This document shows positions 9,717 to 18,804 of a DNA stretch of 56,861 nt, one piece after another (position 1 is the first letter of the stretch; each line of letters begins with the position of its first letter). The DNA is from Gemmatimonadota bacterium (GTDB lineage Bacteria; Gemmatimonadota; Gemmatimonadetes; Palauibacterales; KS3-K002). The notes under the pieces are model-generated. The model did no database searches and was not told the DNA's origin. It saw only the letters and a program-made list of their open reading frames with translations. A program made the translations under genes and the position numbers. The stretch lies in the NCBI GenBank assembly GCA_039586795.1, contig JBDHJS010000021.1, positions 1-56,861 on the forward strand. Reading direction: 5' to 3'.

Positions 9717-10645
9717 GTTCCACCTCCCGAGATTTCTAGCGCCGGCCGATAAGAGCGCAGGTGTGGAACCGGTGTCGCTTTCTTCTTCGGATTGAGAAGT
9801 GTGGCGAGCGCAGGCACTACCAGGGTCTGCAGGCCAACTGCCCACACGACCCCCGCCAGCGAATCGACTGCGTAGTGGTTCTGGGTATAGACGGTCGCCA
9901 TCACCACGCCGATCGCCTCGAGGCTCAGTAGCAGAGCCACGGGCCGGCTGAACCAGCGCCAGCCGATGATCGCGATGGTGACCGCAGCGGTCACATGCGA
10001 GCTTGGAAACGCGGCGCCTCGTGAGTCGCCCATCCCCTGAGCCACACGCACCAGCTTGTAGAAGAAACCTTCGGTCAACGGACCTTGGAATTGCGTGGCA
10101 AGGAAATGCGGCCCGTCCACGGGGAAGGCGATGTAGACCAGATAGCACCCAAGGTAGGTGACCGTCAGTCTCAGAATCACATCCCGCAGCGCCGTCTTAC
10201 GCTTTTGGGCCGCCAGAATCAGCGGCGGGATGAAGATCAACGGGTAGTAAACGAAATAGCTGAAGTGCAGGACTTCGCTCAGCCAGACCTGCGGAGCCGC
10301 GGCGATCCACACGTCGTGGAGGTGCGTGCCGAATATCGCTCGATCCAGAACGATTATCGGGGCATCGTTTGCTACCGCATGCAGGTGCGTCCGGAGGTAA
10401 TCGAGCTCCGTCCAGAACGCCATGACCCAGATCAGCGGGTAGAGATCGCGGAGCGTCGCCGTGGCTCGCGTAGGTGCGACCGGTGTGCGCGTCAGAAGGA
10501 CGGGCAAGGTTGCGGCGACTATATGAGCGATGAACACCAGTGGCGCGTAGCTCACTCGCCCGATCAACAGCGACCATACCGCAGCGAGCAGGATGTTGTA
10601 TCCCATCACCACTAAGTCGACGGGGTTGAGTCTTTGCGTGTTCAT
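9713..10645 (-). CDS. PAP2 superfamily membrane phosphatase/phosphotransferase (Aur1/IPC-synthase-like)
   Basis: Multi-TM; FPVDGPH, AFPSSHV and YTQNHYAVDSLAG motifs; ATGA overlap with the upstream gene and GGAGG SD. Confidence 0.88.
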   Translation of the reverse strand: MNTQRLNPVDLVVMGYNILLAAVWSLLIGRVSYAPLVFIAHIVAATLPVLLTRTPVAPTRATATLRDLYPLIWVMAFWTELDYLRTHLHAVANDAPIIVLDRAIFGTHLHDVWIAAAPQVWLSEVLHFSYFVYYPLIFIPPLILAAQKRKTALRDVILRLTVTYLGCYLVYIAFPVDGPHFLATQFQGPLTEGFFYKLVRVAQGMGDSRGAAFPSSHVTAAVTIAIIGWRWFSRPVALLLSLEAIGVVMATVYTQNHYAVDSLAGVVWAVGLQTLVVPALATLLNPKKKATPVPHLRSYRPALEISGGGT

Positions 10646-11616
10646 AGCCACCCCACCTCCTTGTACCAGATCGCCGTTTCACGAATGCCTCGGGCCAGGG
10701 CATACTCCGGCCGGTAACCCGTGTCGGCGAATATCTCGCGTACGTCGCAAACCCATCGATCCTGAGAGATCTCGCGCACGCGCTCGCGATTGAGGATCGC
10801 AGCCACGCGTCGCACCTTGGCGACGACTTCTACCGTGCGCGCAATCGGCCACGCGACCCGAGTAGGAATGCTGACCATGATGGGTTGCCGCTCCATCACG
10901 TTTCCTATCTCTCGAGCGAAATCGAGCCAGCGGATCAGTTGCGGGTGAGCCAGGCAATACGTCTGCCCGATCGTCTTCGGTGAGGTGGGTGCCGCGAGGA
11001 GCGCCCCTACGGCATCTTTTACGTAGATCACGTTCGCCTCGCGGTTCCAGCCGCCGACGGTGATGGCGAGCCCGCGTTGCACCATCTGGAACATCTTCAG
11101 TACGGCTCGTTCGCGCGGGCCGTAGACTGAAGACAGCCTCAAGACCGTTACGGGAACGCGATCGGCGTGAGCGTGGACGATCGCCTCGGCGAACAGCTTC
11201 GAGAGCCCGTAGTGCGAGAGCGGATGTGGGACCGTGTGCCGTGATAGTCTGTCGCCGTTGCGGCACGGACCGATCGCGGCGATAGAGGAAAGGAAAATGA
11301 CGCGCGGCGGCGTCTGCTGTGCCGCAGCCGCCTCAATTACGCGCGCAGTCCCTTCTGTATTGACGCTATAGTACTCGGCCGCCGTGCGCGCTTCGGTCAG
11401 CCCTGCGACGTGGTACACGATACTCGACCCGCGAATGATCTTCTTCAGTTCCTCGCTGTCGAGTCCGACCGGCGCCCATTCGATCTCGGCTCCTTCCAGC
11501 CAACCTCTCTGAGACCCGGGGCGTTCGACACATGCAACGTCGTCGCCTCGAGCTAGCAATGCTTCTATGAGATGGCTGCCAATGAAGCCGGCGCCTCCTG
11601 TTACTATCGTACGCAT
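10642..11616 (-). CDS. NAD-dependent epimerase/dehydratase (extended SDR)
   Basis: IVTGGAGFIGSHL, YHVAG, YGLSK and VYGPRE motifs; AGGAGG SD upstream. Confidence 0.92.
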   Translation of the reverse strand: MRTIVTGGAGFIGSHLIEALLARGDDVACVERPGSQRGWLEGAEIEWAPVGLDSEELKKIIRGSSIVYHVAGLTEARTAAEYYSVNTEGTARVIEAAAAQQTPPRVIFLSSIAAIGPCRNGDRLSRHTVPHPLSHYGLSKLFAEAIVHAHADRVPVTVLRLSSVYGPRERAVLKMFQMVQRGLAITVGGWNREANVIYVKDAVGALLAAPTSPKTIGQTYCLAHPQLIRWLDFAREIGNVMERQPIMVSIPTRVAWPIARTVEVVAKVRRVAAILNRERVREISQDRWVCDVREIFADTGYRPEYALARGIRETAIWYKEVGWL

Positions 11617-11765
11617 GATCATCCTCCTGCTTCAGTGCTTGCGTTGAAGCTGAGAGGGTGGGATCAAGTCAGGGTCAAGAAATAGGTGGGGTTACCAACA
11701 CTAATAACTATCATGAGGGGTGGAGTGACCTTGCTTGCGTGTTCTGAGGCCCTAGTCTTACCTGC

Positions 11766-13532
11766 TTGATGATGATCTTTGCGATTCGACGCTACTGCCG
11801 GCGGCTAGCGATACATGCCGCGTTGACTCTCACATTGGCGCCCTACGCCCATGCGCAAGAAGCGCGGGTGTCGGTCAAGCTGGACGGGCTGGACGGCGAA
11901 CTGCGGCGCAACGCGGAGACCGTGATGAGGATCGTGTCCGCCTCCAAGCGAGGCGCGTTGCCGACCGATCGCATCGAGCAGCTGTACGGAAGGGCGCCCG
12001 AAGAGATCCAGCTGGCTCTGCAGCCCTTCGGCTACTATCAGCCGGCGATCGAGTCCCAACTGGATAGCACGAGCTCTCGGTGGGTAGCGCACTTCTACGT
12101 CGACAAAGGTCCGCCGCTACCCGTTTCGCGTGTAGACATTCGGGTTACGGGCGAGGGTGAGAGCGATGAGGCTATTCGCCAGGCTATCTCCGAGTTCCCG
12201 CTCGCCGTCGGCGGCACGCTCCGTCATGATCTCTACGAACAGGGCAAGCTTGCGCTCGCCACCCTGGTAGCGGAGCGGGGGTTCTTGGATGCTGCGTTCG
12301 ACACCGCCGCCATCCGAATCGATCGCGATCGGTACACCGCCGAGATCGTCCTCCACCTGAATACAGGACCTCGATATTTCTTCGGTCCGGTCACCATCAA
12401 CCAGGACGTGGTCGACCCCCGTCTGCTCGAGGGCTATGTGACGTTCCAGCTGGGGGACACCTTCGACGTATCCAAGCTTGTCGAACTTCGGCAGGGTCTG
12501 AGCTCCAGCCCCTATTTCTCACAGGTTCAGGTCGTTCCGAAGCACCACGACGTTCAAGATCGCCGTGTCCCTATCGACGTGAGTGCCGAGCCACGCCGCA
12601 GGCAGCGGTTCGAATTTGGTGTCGGCTTTGGAACGGACACCAAGTTCCGCGGCAGTATCGAGGCTGACTTTAGAAGGATCAACCGAAGAGGTCACAACGC
12701 TACGGTCCGACTGGAGGCATCGCAGATTCGTAGGAGCGTCGCCGGCCAGTACCGATTCCCGCCCGTTTATCCAAGCACCGCGAGCTACTCGGTACTCGCA
12801 TTTGGCGGTGACATCAGCCCAAACTGGAGCACGACTCTTCGGGGTGCCGTCGGATTGAACCGTAGTCAGCTGCGCGGTCCGTTTCGCGAGGTCTTCTCTG
12901 TCACGTTTGACGCGCAGGATTTCGAGATCGCGTCTCGGCCCGGCACCTCGACCCTGCTAATCCTGGGCGGCAGCTATTCCTGGACAAAAGCTCGCGACCA
13001 GCTTGTCCCTCTGAGTGGAATCCACCTTCAGTTGGATGCCCTGGGAAGCATCGATGGGCTGCTCTCCACCGCCAGCTTCCTGCAGCTACATGCGATGGGG
13101 AAGTTCATTCGCGGACTGGGCTCGAAGACGCGCCTCATCGGGCGCGGCGAGCTTTCGAGGACTTTCACCTCTCAGTTTACCGCGCTGCCGCCGACGCTGC
13201 GGTTCGTCACGGGAGGAGACCGGACCGTTCGCGGCTACGCCTTCGAGACTCTGGGCCCCCGCGATCCGGAAGGGAACATCGTCGGCGGCGACCTATTGGT
13301 CATCGTCAGCAGCGAGCTCGACCGCGGCATCACGGAAAAGTGGCGGGTGGCGACCTTCGTCGACGCCGGAAACGGGCTGGCTGCCGAGGGGCAGTTCTTC
13401 TTGGCCGTAGGCGCCGGGGTTGGCGCTCGTTGGGTGTCGCCGGTCGGTCTGGTGCGCCTCGACCTGGCGTACGGCTTCGACGAGCCGAGCAAGTCTCTTA
13501 GAATTCACTTTAACTTTGGCCCCGATCTCTAA
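11766..13532 (+). CDS. tamA: Autotransporter assembly outer-membrane protein TamA (Omp85 family)
   Basis: POTRA segments (ALQPFGYY, GPRYFFG), GGDRTVRGY, SPVGLVRLDLAYG and C-terminal HFNFGPDL; immediately upstream of tamB. Confidence 0.92.
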   Translation: MMMIFAIRRYCRRLAIHAALTLTLAPYAHAQEARVSVKLDGLDGELRRNAETVMRIVSASKRGALPTDRIEQLYGRAPEEIQLALQPFGYYQPAIESQLDSTSSRWVAHFYVDKGPPLPVSRVDIRVTGEGESDEAIRQAISEFPLAVGGTLRHDLYEQGKLALATLVAERGFLDAAFDTAAIRIDRDRYTAEIVLHLNTGPRYFFGPVTINQDVVDPRLLEGYVTFQLGDTFDVSKLVELRQGLSSSPYFSQVQVVPKHHDVQDRRVPIDVSAEPRRRQRFEFGVGFGTDTKFRGSIEADFRRINRRGHNATVRLEASQIRRSVAGQYRFPPVYPSTASYSVLAFGGDISPNWSTTLRGAVGLNRSQLRGPFREVFSVTFDAQDFEIASRPGTSTLLILGGSYSWTKARDQLVPLSGIHLQLDALGSIDGLLSTASFLQLHAMGKFIRGLGSKTRLIGRGELSRTFTSQFTALPPTLRFVTGGDRTVRGYAFETLGPRDPEGNIVGGDLLVIVSSELDRGITEKWRVATFVDAGNGLAAEGQFFLAVGAGVGARWVSPVGLVRLDLAYGFDEPSKSLRIHFNFGPDL

Positions 13533-13533
13533 T

Positions 13534-16500
13534 ATGAAGAGACGTTTGCGACACTGGGCCAAGTGGACAATCAAGGGGCTTATCGCTCTGTCAGCCACGG
13601 TCCTCATCCTGATCTGGTTCGTGCTCGGAACCGAACCCGGCGCCCAGCTGACCTTGCGTCTCGTTTTGCCCCGGCTTCCTATCGATCTCCAGTTCAGTGA
13701 CGTGAGCGGTCGGTTGATGGGCCCGCTGGTGCTCACCGATGTCACGTTTGCCACGGGCCCGCTGGAGCTCGGCGCGGAGCGAGTGGCCCTCGACTGGCAA
13801 CCGCTCGAGCTGCTTCTCGATGATCGACTCCACCTGAGCGAGGTGCGAATGATCGGCTTCCGCGGCGCCGTTCGGGCCAGCGAGCCGGACAGCGCGCCAC
13901 CCTCGCTGCCCACCGAAACGACCGAATTGGCGAAGCCGAAAACCACTGGACTGCTACTACCGTTCGTGGTGGCCTTCGACGAGCTCCACCTGCAAGGAGA
14001 CTCGCTCGTCATCACGGATGAAGTTGCCGTGCGTGACTTTCGTCTGTCGGCTGCCGGTTCCCTCGACGATTATCGTGCGGAGTTGGCCGCGCTGTTCGAA
14101 GCGCCGGTGCTAGATGCGGCGGCCGTCGCGATATCGGGTAGGGGGTCTGTAAGCGAATTTGTTTTTGAGCGGTTGAGCGCTGATGTGCTCGATGGGAGAG
14201 TCCAGGGAACGGGCTCGCTCATCTGGCTGCCGGAAGTTGAATGGATCTTTAGCGTCGCCGCGGACGACTTGGCGCCAGCGCGCGTTGCCCCGCAGCCCGA
14301 GGACTGGCCCGGGCAAGTCGCGATGCGCGGCGCCGTGAGTGGGAGCATAAGGAACGGGGAATTACAGCTGCGAGCGGAGATCGATACGCTCTTTGGCTCG
14401 TTGCGCGACCAGCCGCTCGCCGGTACGGCTGCCGGGACAATACACGGTCCGCGGTACAGCATTGAAGCGCTGGACATCGACTGGGGTGAGGTCACTGTCA
14501 ACGCTATCGGTGTCGTCGCGACCGAGGAACTCGACCTCGATTTCCATATAGACGTTCCGGATCTCGCCGAAGTCCTACCTCGCTCGTCCGGCACACTCAG
14601 CGCGACCGGGCGCCTGAAAGGAACGTTGGCTACGCCGATCATTGTCGCCGACGCGGCGGCGCGCCACGTGTCGCTGGGGCAGGTCAAGTTGGGTGCTGCC
14701 GACGCGAGTATCGACGTGGATTGGATTAACGGACAAAGGAACGAGGCGTCGATCACGGCATCGCAACTAGAGATCCCGGGCCAGGTGATAGACTCGCTGC
14801 GAATAGATCTGCGGGGAGCCCGCGATTCGCACCAACTGGCGGCTGAAATCGTGAGCCGCGATGCGGACGTGTCGCTATCCGCGGTTGGCGGCTTTTCGGA
14901 ACGGTCATGGGCGGGCGAGCTGGTAGGCGTGAGCATCGACAGTCCGGAGTACGGCGGGTGGGGGGTCGCGGAACCGACGCGCCTCTCTGTCTCCGATAAC
15001 TCCGTCGTTGTCAGCCTGCTCTGTCTAAGGGAACGCGCTGGCGGAGTCTGCTTGGAAGGTAGCTGGGAGAAGGAGGTCGGCTGGCGTGCGGAAGCGGTAT
15101 TTAATGAGTTCCCTCTCGAGGTGCTGCGATTCGCGTTGCCGGAAGGTTGGGCATTGGAAGGCTCCGTGAGCGGCGAGCTCAGCGGCTCGGCCGTCCGTGG
15201 CTGGCCGCAGCAATTGGATCTCGATCTCCAACCTAGCGACGGAGAGCTGACCTACTTGCTTGCCGATAGCGCTCACGTGCTACGCTACCGGCAGGCCCGC
15301 CTGGCTGTCCATGCCGACCCGGACAGCACTCGAGCCCGGGTTGACATCGATTTGGCCGAAGCCGGGAAGGAAGACTACGGGTCGTTTGACCTGTACGCGA
15401 ACCTCCCTCCGCTTCGTGCTCTGGCAGATGAGTTTTCGCTGGAAGGGGAACCCCAGCGCGGTTGGTTGGGGGAGGCGGTTGTGAGGGACTTTCCTCTATC
15501 CCTGATCGACCTCGTCTTGCCGGAAGGGTGGGCCGCTGAGGGGACCGTGAGCGGCTCAATGGCGCTGGCCCTCATGGTCGACCGTCCGCAACGTCTCGCC
15601 GTCGATCTTTATCCGAGCGCTGGAGCGTTGACGTACGCGATCGGCGACAGTACCCACGGCATTCGCTACCGAGAAGGACATGTCGCCGTTCGGTCCAATC
15701 CGGACAGCTTGTGGGGGCAGGTCGACCTCCAGTTGTCCGAGGCTTCAGCGGATGAGTACGGCGCGCTGAGAATTCACGCTAACCTGCCGCCACTTAGCTC
15801 GCTAAGGACAGAAGTGGCCTCCGAGGGCTGGGGTGAAACGCTGATCGACGGGTGGGTGCTGGCTGCCTCTATGAATGACGCGCCGCTGTCACTCGCGAAA
15901 CCATTCCTTCCTAGCGGTATGTCGCTGTCCGGCGCCCTCGACGGCGAAATCGACGCCGACGTGGCGCCCGACGGCTCGCTCGGCGGCGAGATCAGGCTTC
16001 AGGCACAGAACGCGGCGATGCATCGACTGGTCGGACGAGAAGTGCGCACGGTGCGCATCGCCGACACCCGAATTTCCGGACGCGCCGGCGCCGAAGGTCT
16101 GCACGGTGACCTGGTATTGAAGTTCGCGCGACCGGACAGCGGGTCGTTGGCGACGATCACGGGCTCGTTGGGTTTTCCCAGTTACGTGAACCTTCACCAG
16201 GAGTTCACCGAACAGGCGTTGGAGGCGCGGATCGACGGCCAGATGGATCTTGGTTTGATCGATGCGCTCGTAGAAGGCCTGGCGGGCAGTAGCGGTCAGC
16301 TCGATATCGAGATCGACGTTGGAGGGACCGTAGATGAACCGCTCACCTCCGGCCACTACGTCGTCAATGGTCAGACGAACGTTCCCTCGCTGGGGTTGAC
16401 TCTGCGTGACATCGAAGTCAGAGCGACTTCCAGAACAAGGGGGGATTTCGAGATCGAGGGCGGTCTGAGCTCGGGAGCGGGTCGGCTGGCTATCAGTGGT

Positions 16501-17463
16501 CGCTCGCCACCGATCCCGTCCAGCGAGTCGCCGGCGCGCATCACGGTGCAGGGTTCCGATTTCCTGGCCGCCCAGACGGATCAGGTCACGCTTGTTGTGT
16601 CGCCGGACCTCGAGGTTCTGCTCACTGGAGAGCAAGTCATAGTCAACGGCGATGTTACCGTGCCACGCGCTGCGATTGAGATTCTGGAGGTCCCCGAAAC
16701 CGCCGCTTCCGTTTCTGAAGATGTCGTCTTCGTGGGCGATACTATCGTGGAAGAGCGTCGGCCGCTCGACGTATCGGCCGAGGTCAGGTTGGTGCTGGGC
16801 GAGGATGTGACGTTCAGAGGGTTCGGGTTTAGCACTCACCTGGATGGAACCATCGTGACAACCGAAACGCCAGGGCGGGGAACCGAAGGTCGCGGCGAGC
16901 TCGTCTTCAGAGAAGGGCGCTACCGCGGTTTCGGTCAGAGCCTTACGATCGATCCTGGTCGCCTCGTGTTCGCCGGCCCCGTAGATGATCCGACTCTCGA
17001 TGTCCGAGCCTACCGCCGGGCCGACGACGGAACCCGAGCGGGTTTTCTCATCGGCGGCACGCTCCAATCTCCCGAAGTTGAAGTCTGGTCGGACCCGGCA
17101 CGGTCGCAGCAAGAGGCTTTGAGCTACATCCTCTTTGGCCGTCCCCTGGACCAGGGCACGGAATCGGATCGCGCGCAGGCGGGGTCGGAAGCCGCTATCC
17201 TGGGCGGAAACATCCTGGCGATGAGCATGGCCACCAGGGTTGGTCTCGATGAAGCCCGCATCGAGACCGGTAACCGTCGTGAAGATGCCGCCTTCTACGC
17301 TGGCAAGTATCTCTCACCCAAACTATACGTGGCCTATGGTGTCGGCTTATACGAACCCGTGAACGTCATTCGCGTCCGCTACATCATATCCCGCAAGCTA
17401 TCCCTCCAGGCAGAGACAGGCTCTCGAGACAGCGGCGACATCCTCTATCGCATCGAATTCTAG
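13534..17463 (+). CDS. tamB: Translocation/assembly module TamB (1309 aa)
   Basis: ATG 13534, 1 nt after the tamA stop; N-terminal TM anchor, long beta-rich body, DUF490-type C-terminus (ALSYILFGR, GKYLSPKLYVAYG, DILYRIEF). Confidence 0.92.
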   Translation: MKRRLRHWAKWTIKGLIALSATVLILIWFVLGTEPGAQLTLRLVLPRLPIDLQFSDVSGRLMGPLVLTDVTFATGPLELGAERVALDWQPLELLLDDRLHLSEVRMIGFRGAVRASEPDSAPPSLPTETTELAKPKTTGLLLPFVVAFDELHLQGDSLVITDEVAVRDFRLSAAGSLDDYRAELAALFEAPVLDAAAVAISGRGSVSEFVFERLSADVLDGRVQGTGSLIWLPEVEWIFSVAADDLAPARVAPQPEDWPGQVAMRGAVSGSIRNGELQLRAEIDTLFGSLRDQPLAGTAAGTIHGPRYSIEALDIDWGEVTVNAIGVVATEELDLDFHIDVPDLAEVLPRSSGTLSATGRLKGTLATPIIVADAAARHVSLGQVKLGAADASIDVDWINGQRNEASITASQLEIPGQVIDSLRIDLRGARDSHQLAAEIVSRDADVSLSAVGGFSERSWAGELVGVSIDSPEYGGWGVAEPTRLSVSDNSVVVSLLCLRERAGGVCLEGSWEKEVGWRAEAVFNEFPLEVLRFALPEGWALEGSVSGELSGSAVRGWPQQLDLDLQPSDGELTYLLADSAHVLRYRQARLAVHADPDSTRARVDIDLAEAGKEDYGSFDLYANLPPLRALADEFSLEGEPQRGWLGEAVVRDFPLSLIDLVLPEGWAAEGTVSGSMALALMVDRPQRLAVDLYPSAGALTYAIGDSTHGIRYREGHVAVRSNPDSLWGQVDLQLSEASADEYGALRIHANLPPLSSLRTEVASEGWGETLIDGWVLAASMNDAPLSLAKPFLPSGMSLSGALDGEIDADVAPDGSLGGEIRLQAQNAAMHRLVGREVRTVRIADTRISGRAGAEGLHGDLVLKFARPDSGSLATITGSLGFPSYVNLHQEFTEQALEARIDGQMDLGLIDALVEGLAGSSGQLDIEIDVGGTVDEPLTSGHYVVNGQTNVPSLGLTLRDIEVRATSRTRGDFEIEGGLSSGAGRLAISGRSPPIPSSESPARITVQGSDFLAAQTDQVTLVVSPDLEVLLTGEQVIVNGDVTVPRAAIEILEVPETAASVSEDVVFVGDTIVEERRPLDVSAEVRLVLGEDVTFRGFGFSTHLDGTIVTTETPGRGTEGRGELVFREGRYRGFGQSLTIDPGRLVFAGPVDDPTLDVRAYRRADDGTRAGFLIGGTLQSPEVEVWSDPARSQQEALSYILFGRPLDQGTESDRAQAGSEAAILGGNILAMSMATRVGLDEARIETGNRREDAAFYAGKYLSPKLYVAYGVGLYEPVNVIRVRYIISRKLSLQAETGSRDSGDILYRIEF

Positions 17464-17478
17464 TTCCGAATCCCTTCG

Positions 17479-17507
17479 TTGACCCTGTAGTCGATCCTTA
17501 TTAGAGT
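17479..17507 (+). promoter_or_regulatory. Candidate sigma70-type promoter upstream of the lytic transglycosylase
   Basis: TTGACC (17479-84), 17 bp spacer, TAGAGT (17502-07). Confidence 0.5.
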
Positions 17508-17640
17508 GGTAGTCCCTGCTCGGCAGGCCCCGGGCCGTAGAACACCCGAATCCTAAGGCCTATCCCCCTATTACCCTTTCCTCGACACGCGAGGTATTGC
17601 GGGCAGAAGCAGAAAAAGCCCGTGGACCGATCGGAAGTCT

Positions 17641-18711
17641 ATGCGAAATAGTCACGCTTGGGTCATTCTGCTCGCGGCCGCGCTGGTCAGCTGTGCAGTG
17701 CCTGATAACCAGCGCGACAACGAGTCGGAGCAATCCCTACCGGCCGTTACGTGGGACATACCGATCGAGATGAACGAGGATGTCCAGCGGTGGCTGGACT
17801 ACTACACAACCCGGGGCCGGAGAAGCTTCGAGGTCTCCCTGGCACGCGCCGGTCGCTACGAGCGGCTGATGAGAGCGACATTCCGTGAAGCCGGCCTTCC
17901 CGAAGACCTCGTCTACATGCCGTTGATCGAGAGCGGCTTCGAGGCCACTGCCTACAGCCGGGCGCGTGCTCTTGGTCTATGGCAGTTCGTACCCAACACG
18001 GCGCGCATCTATGACCTCGAGATCTCTCACTGGGTGGACGAGCGCCTCGACCCCATCGCCGCGACGTATGCAGCCGCCGACTACCTGGGCGACCTGCATC
18101 GCGAATTCCGCGACTGGTACTTGACGTTTGCCGCCTACAACGCGGGGCCGGGGCGTGTGCACGGGGCAATCCGCAGGGCGGGGAGCCGGGACTACTGGGC
18201 GATCGTCGATCGGCGTGCACTGCCGCGGGAGAGCCGTGACTATGTGCCCAAGCTCATCGCCGCCGCGCTCATCGCCAAGCAGCCGGAGCAATACGGGATA
18301 AGGAAGCGGTTCAAGCCGATCCGCACATTCGATATAGCTTACGTGCCCGACGCCACCAGCCTCGATGTGGTGGCCGAAGCGGCCGGCGTTCCTCTCGACG
18401 ACATCCTCGCTCTCAATCTGCACCTGGTTCGCGGTGTGACGCCGCCCGGATTGCGCTACGCCGTGCGCATCCCCGCAGGTACCCCGCGCATATTCGCCGA
18501 AAACTACTCAAGGGTCCCGGCCGGCGAGCGTGTGCGTTCCGTGGTCCATATAGTGAGGCGGGGAGAAACTCTGGGCAGCATTGCCAGGCGTTATGGGGTG
18601 AGTCTGTCAGAGCTTCGCGCAGCCAACGGCGACGTCGACCCGCGGCGACTTCCGGCCGGACACCGGTTGATCGTCCCGGGAGTGCGCAATCTTCCCAGGG
18701 CCGCCGACTGA
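17641..18711 (+). CDS. mltD: MltD-like lytic transglycosylase lipoprotein with LysM domain
   Basis: Lipobox LVSC; SLT motifs LIESGF, ALGLWQF, AAYNAG and ESRDYVPK; C-terminal LysM HIVRRGETLGSIARRYGVS. Confidence 0.9.
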   Translation: MRNSHAWVILLAAALVSCAVPDNQRDNESEQSLPAVTWDIPIEMNEDVQRWLDYYTTRGRRSFEVSLARAGRYERLMRATFREAGLPEDLVYMPLIESGFEATAYSRARALGLWQFVPNTARIYDLEISHWVDERLDPIAATYAAADYLGDLHREFRDWYLTFAAYNAGPGRVHGAIRRAGSRDYWAIVDRRALPRESRDYVPKLIAAALIAKQPEQYGIRKRFKPIRTFDIAYVPDATSLDVVAEAAGVPLDDILALNLHLVRGVTPPGLRYAVRIPAGTPRIFAENYSRVPAGERVRSVVHIVRRGETLGSIARRYGVSLSELRAANGDVDPRRLPAGHRLIVPGVRNLPRAAD

Positions 18712-18741
18712 GCCAGAGCCTCCTTCAGGGGCAACAAGAAG

Positions 18742-18784
18742 TCGGTGATCGATAGACATAACATCTACCGATCACCGATCTTTC
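18742..18784. terminator. Probable bidirectional terminator between convergent genes
   Basis: Inverted repeat TCGGTGATCG.TAGA / TCTA.CGATCACCGA, flanked by AAGAAG and TCTTTC. Confidence 0.75.
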
Positions 18785-18804
18785 TCGAGTCCTAGCGTAA
18801 AGCG

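Noticed and set aside
8736..10148. ORF-track N-terminal extensions (470-aa SDR; starts at 13420, 24994, 43341, 44885, 21024 and 25042)
   Set aside because: They overlap upstream genes or lack an SD; downstream starts have an SD, a stop-start overlap or a signal peptide.
11617..11658. Hairpin that could occlude the SD of the SDR operon (RNA thermometer-like)
   Set aside because: Pairing is better on the non-coding strand and interrupted on the mRNA strand; insufficient support.
15889..17112. Long antisense or alternative-frame ORFs (e.g. 15889-17112, 38847-39911, 49085-50122, 14070-14936)
   Set aside because: They shadow well-supported genes; expected in high-GC DNA and have no recognisable motifs.
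17510..17640. c-di-AMP (ydaO) riboswitch upstream of the LysM hydrolase
   Set aside because: Only a GAATCC fragment resembles it; the other conserved elements are not evident.
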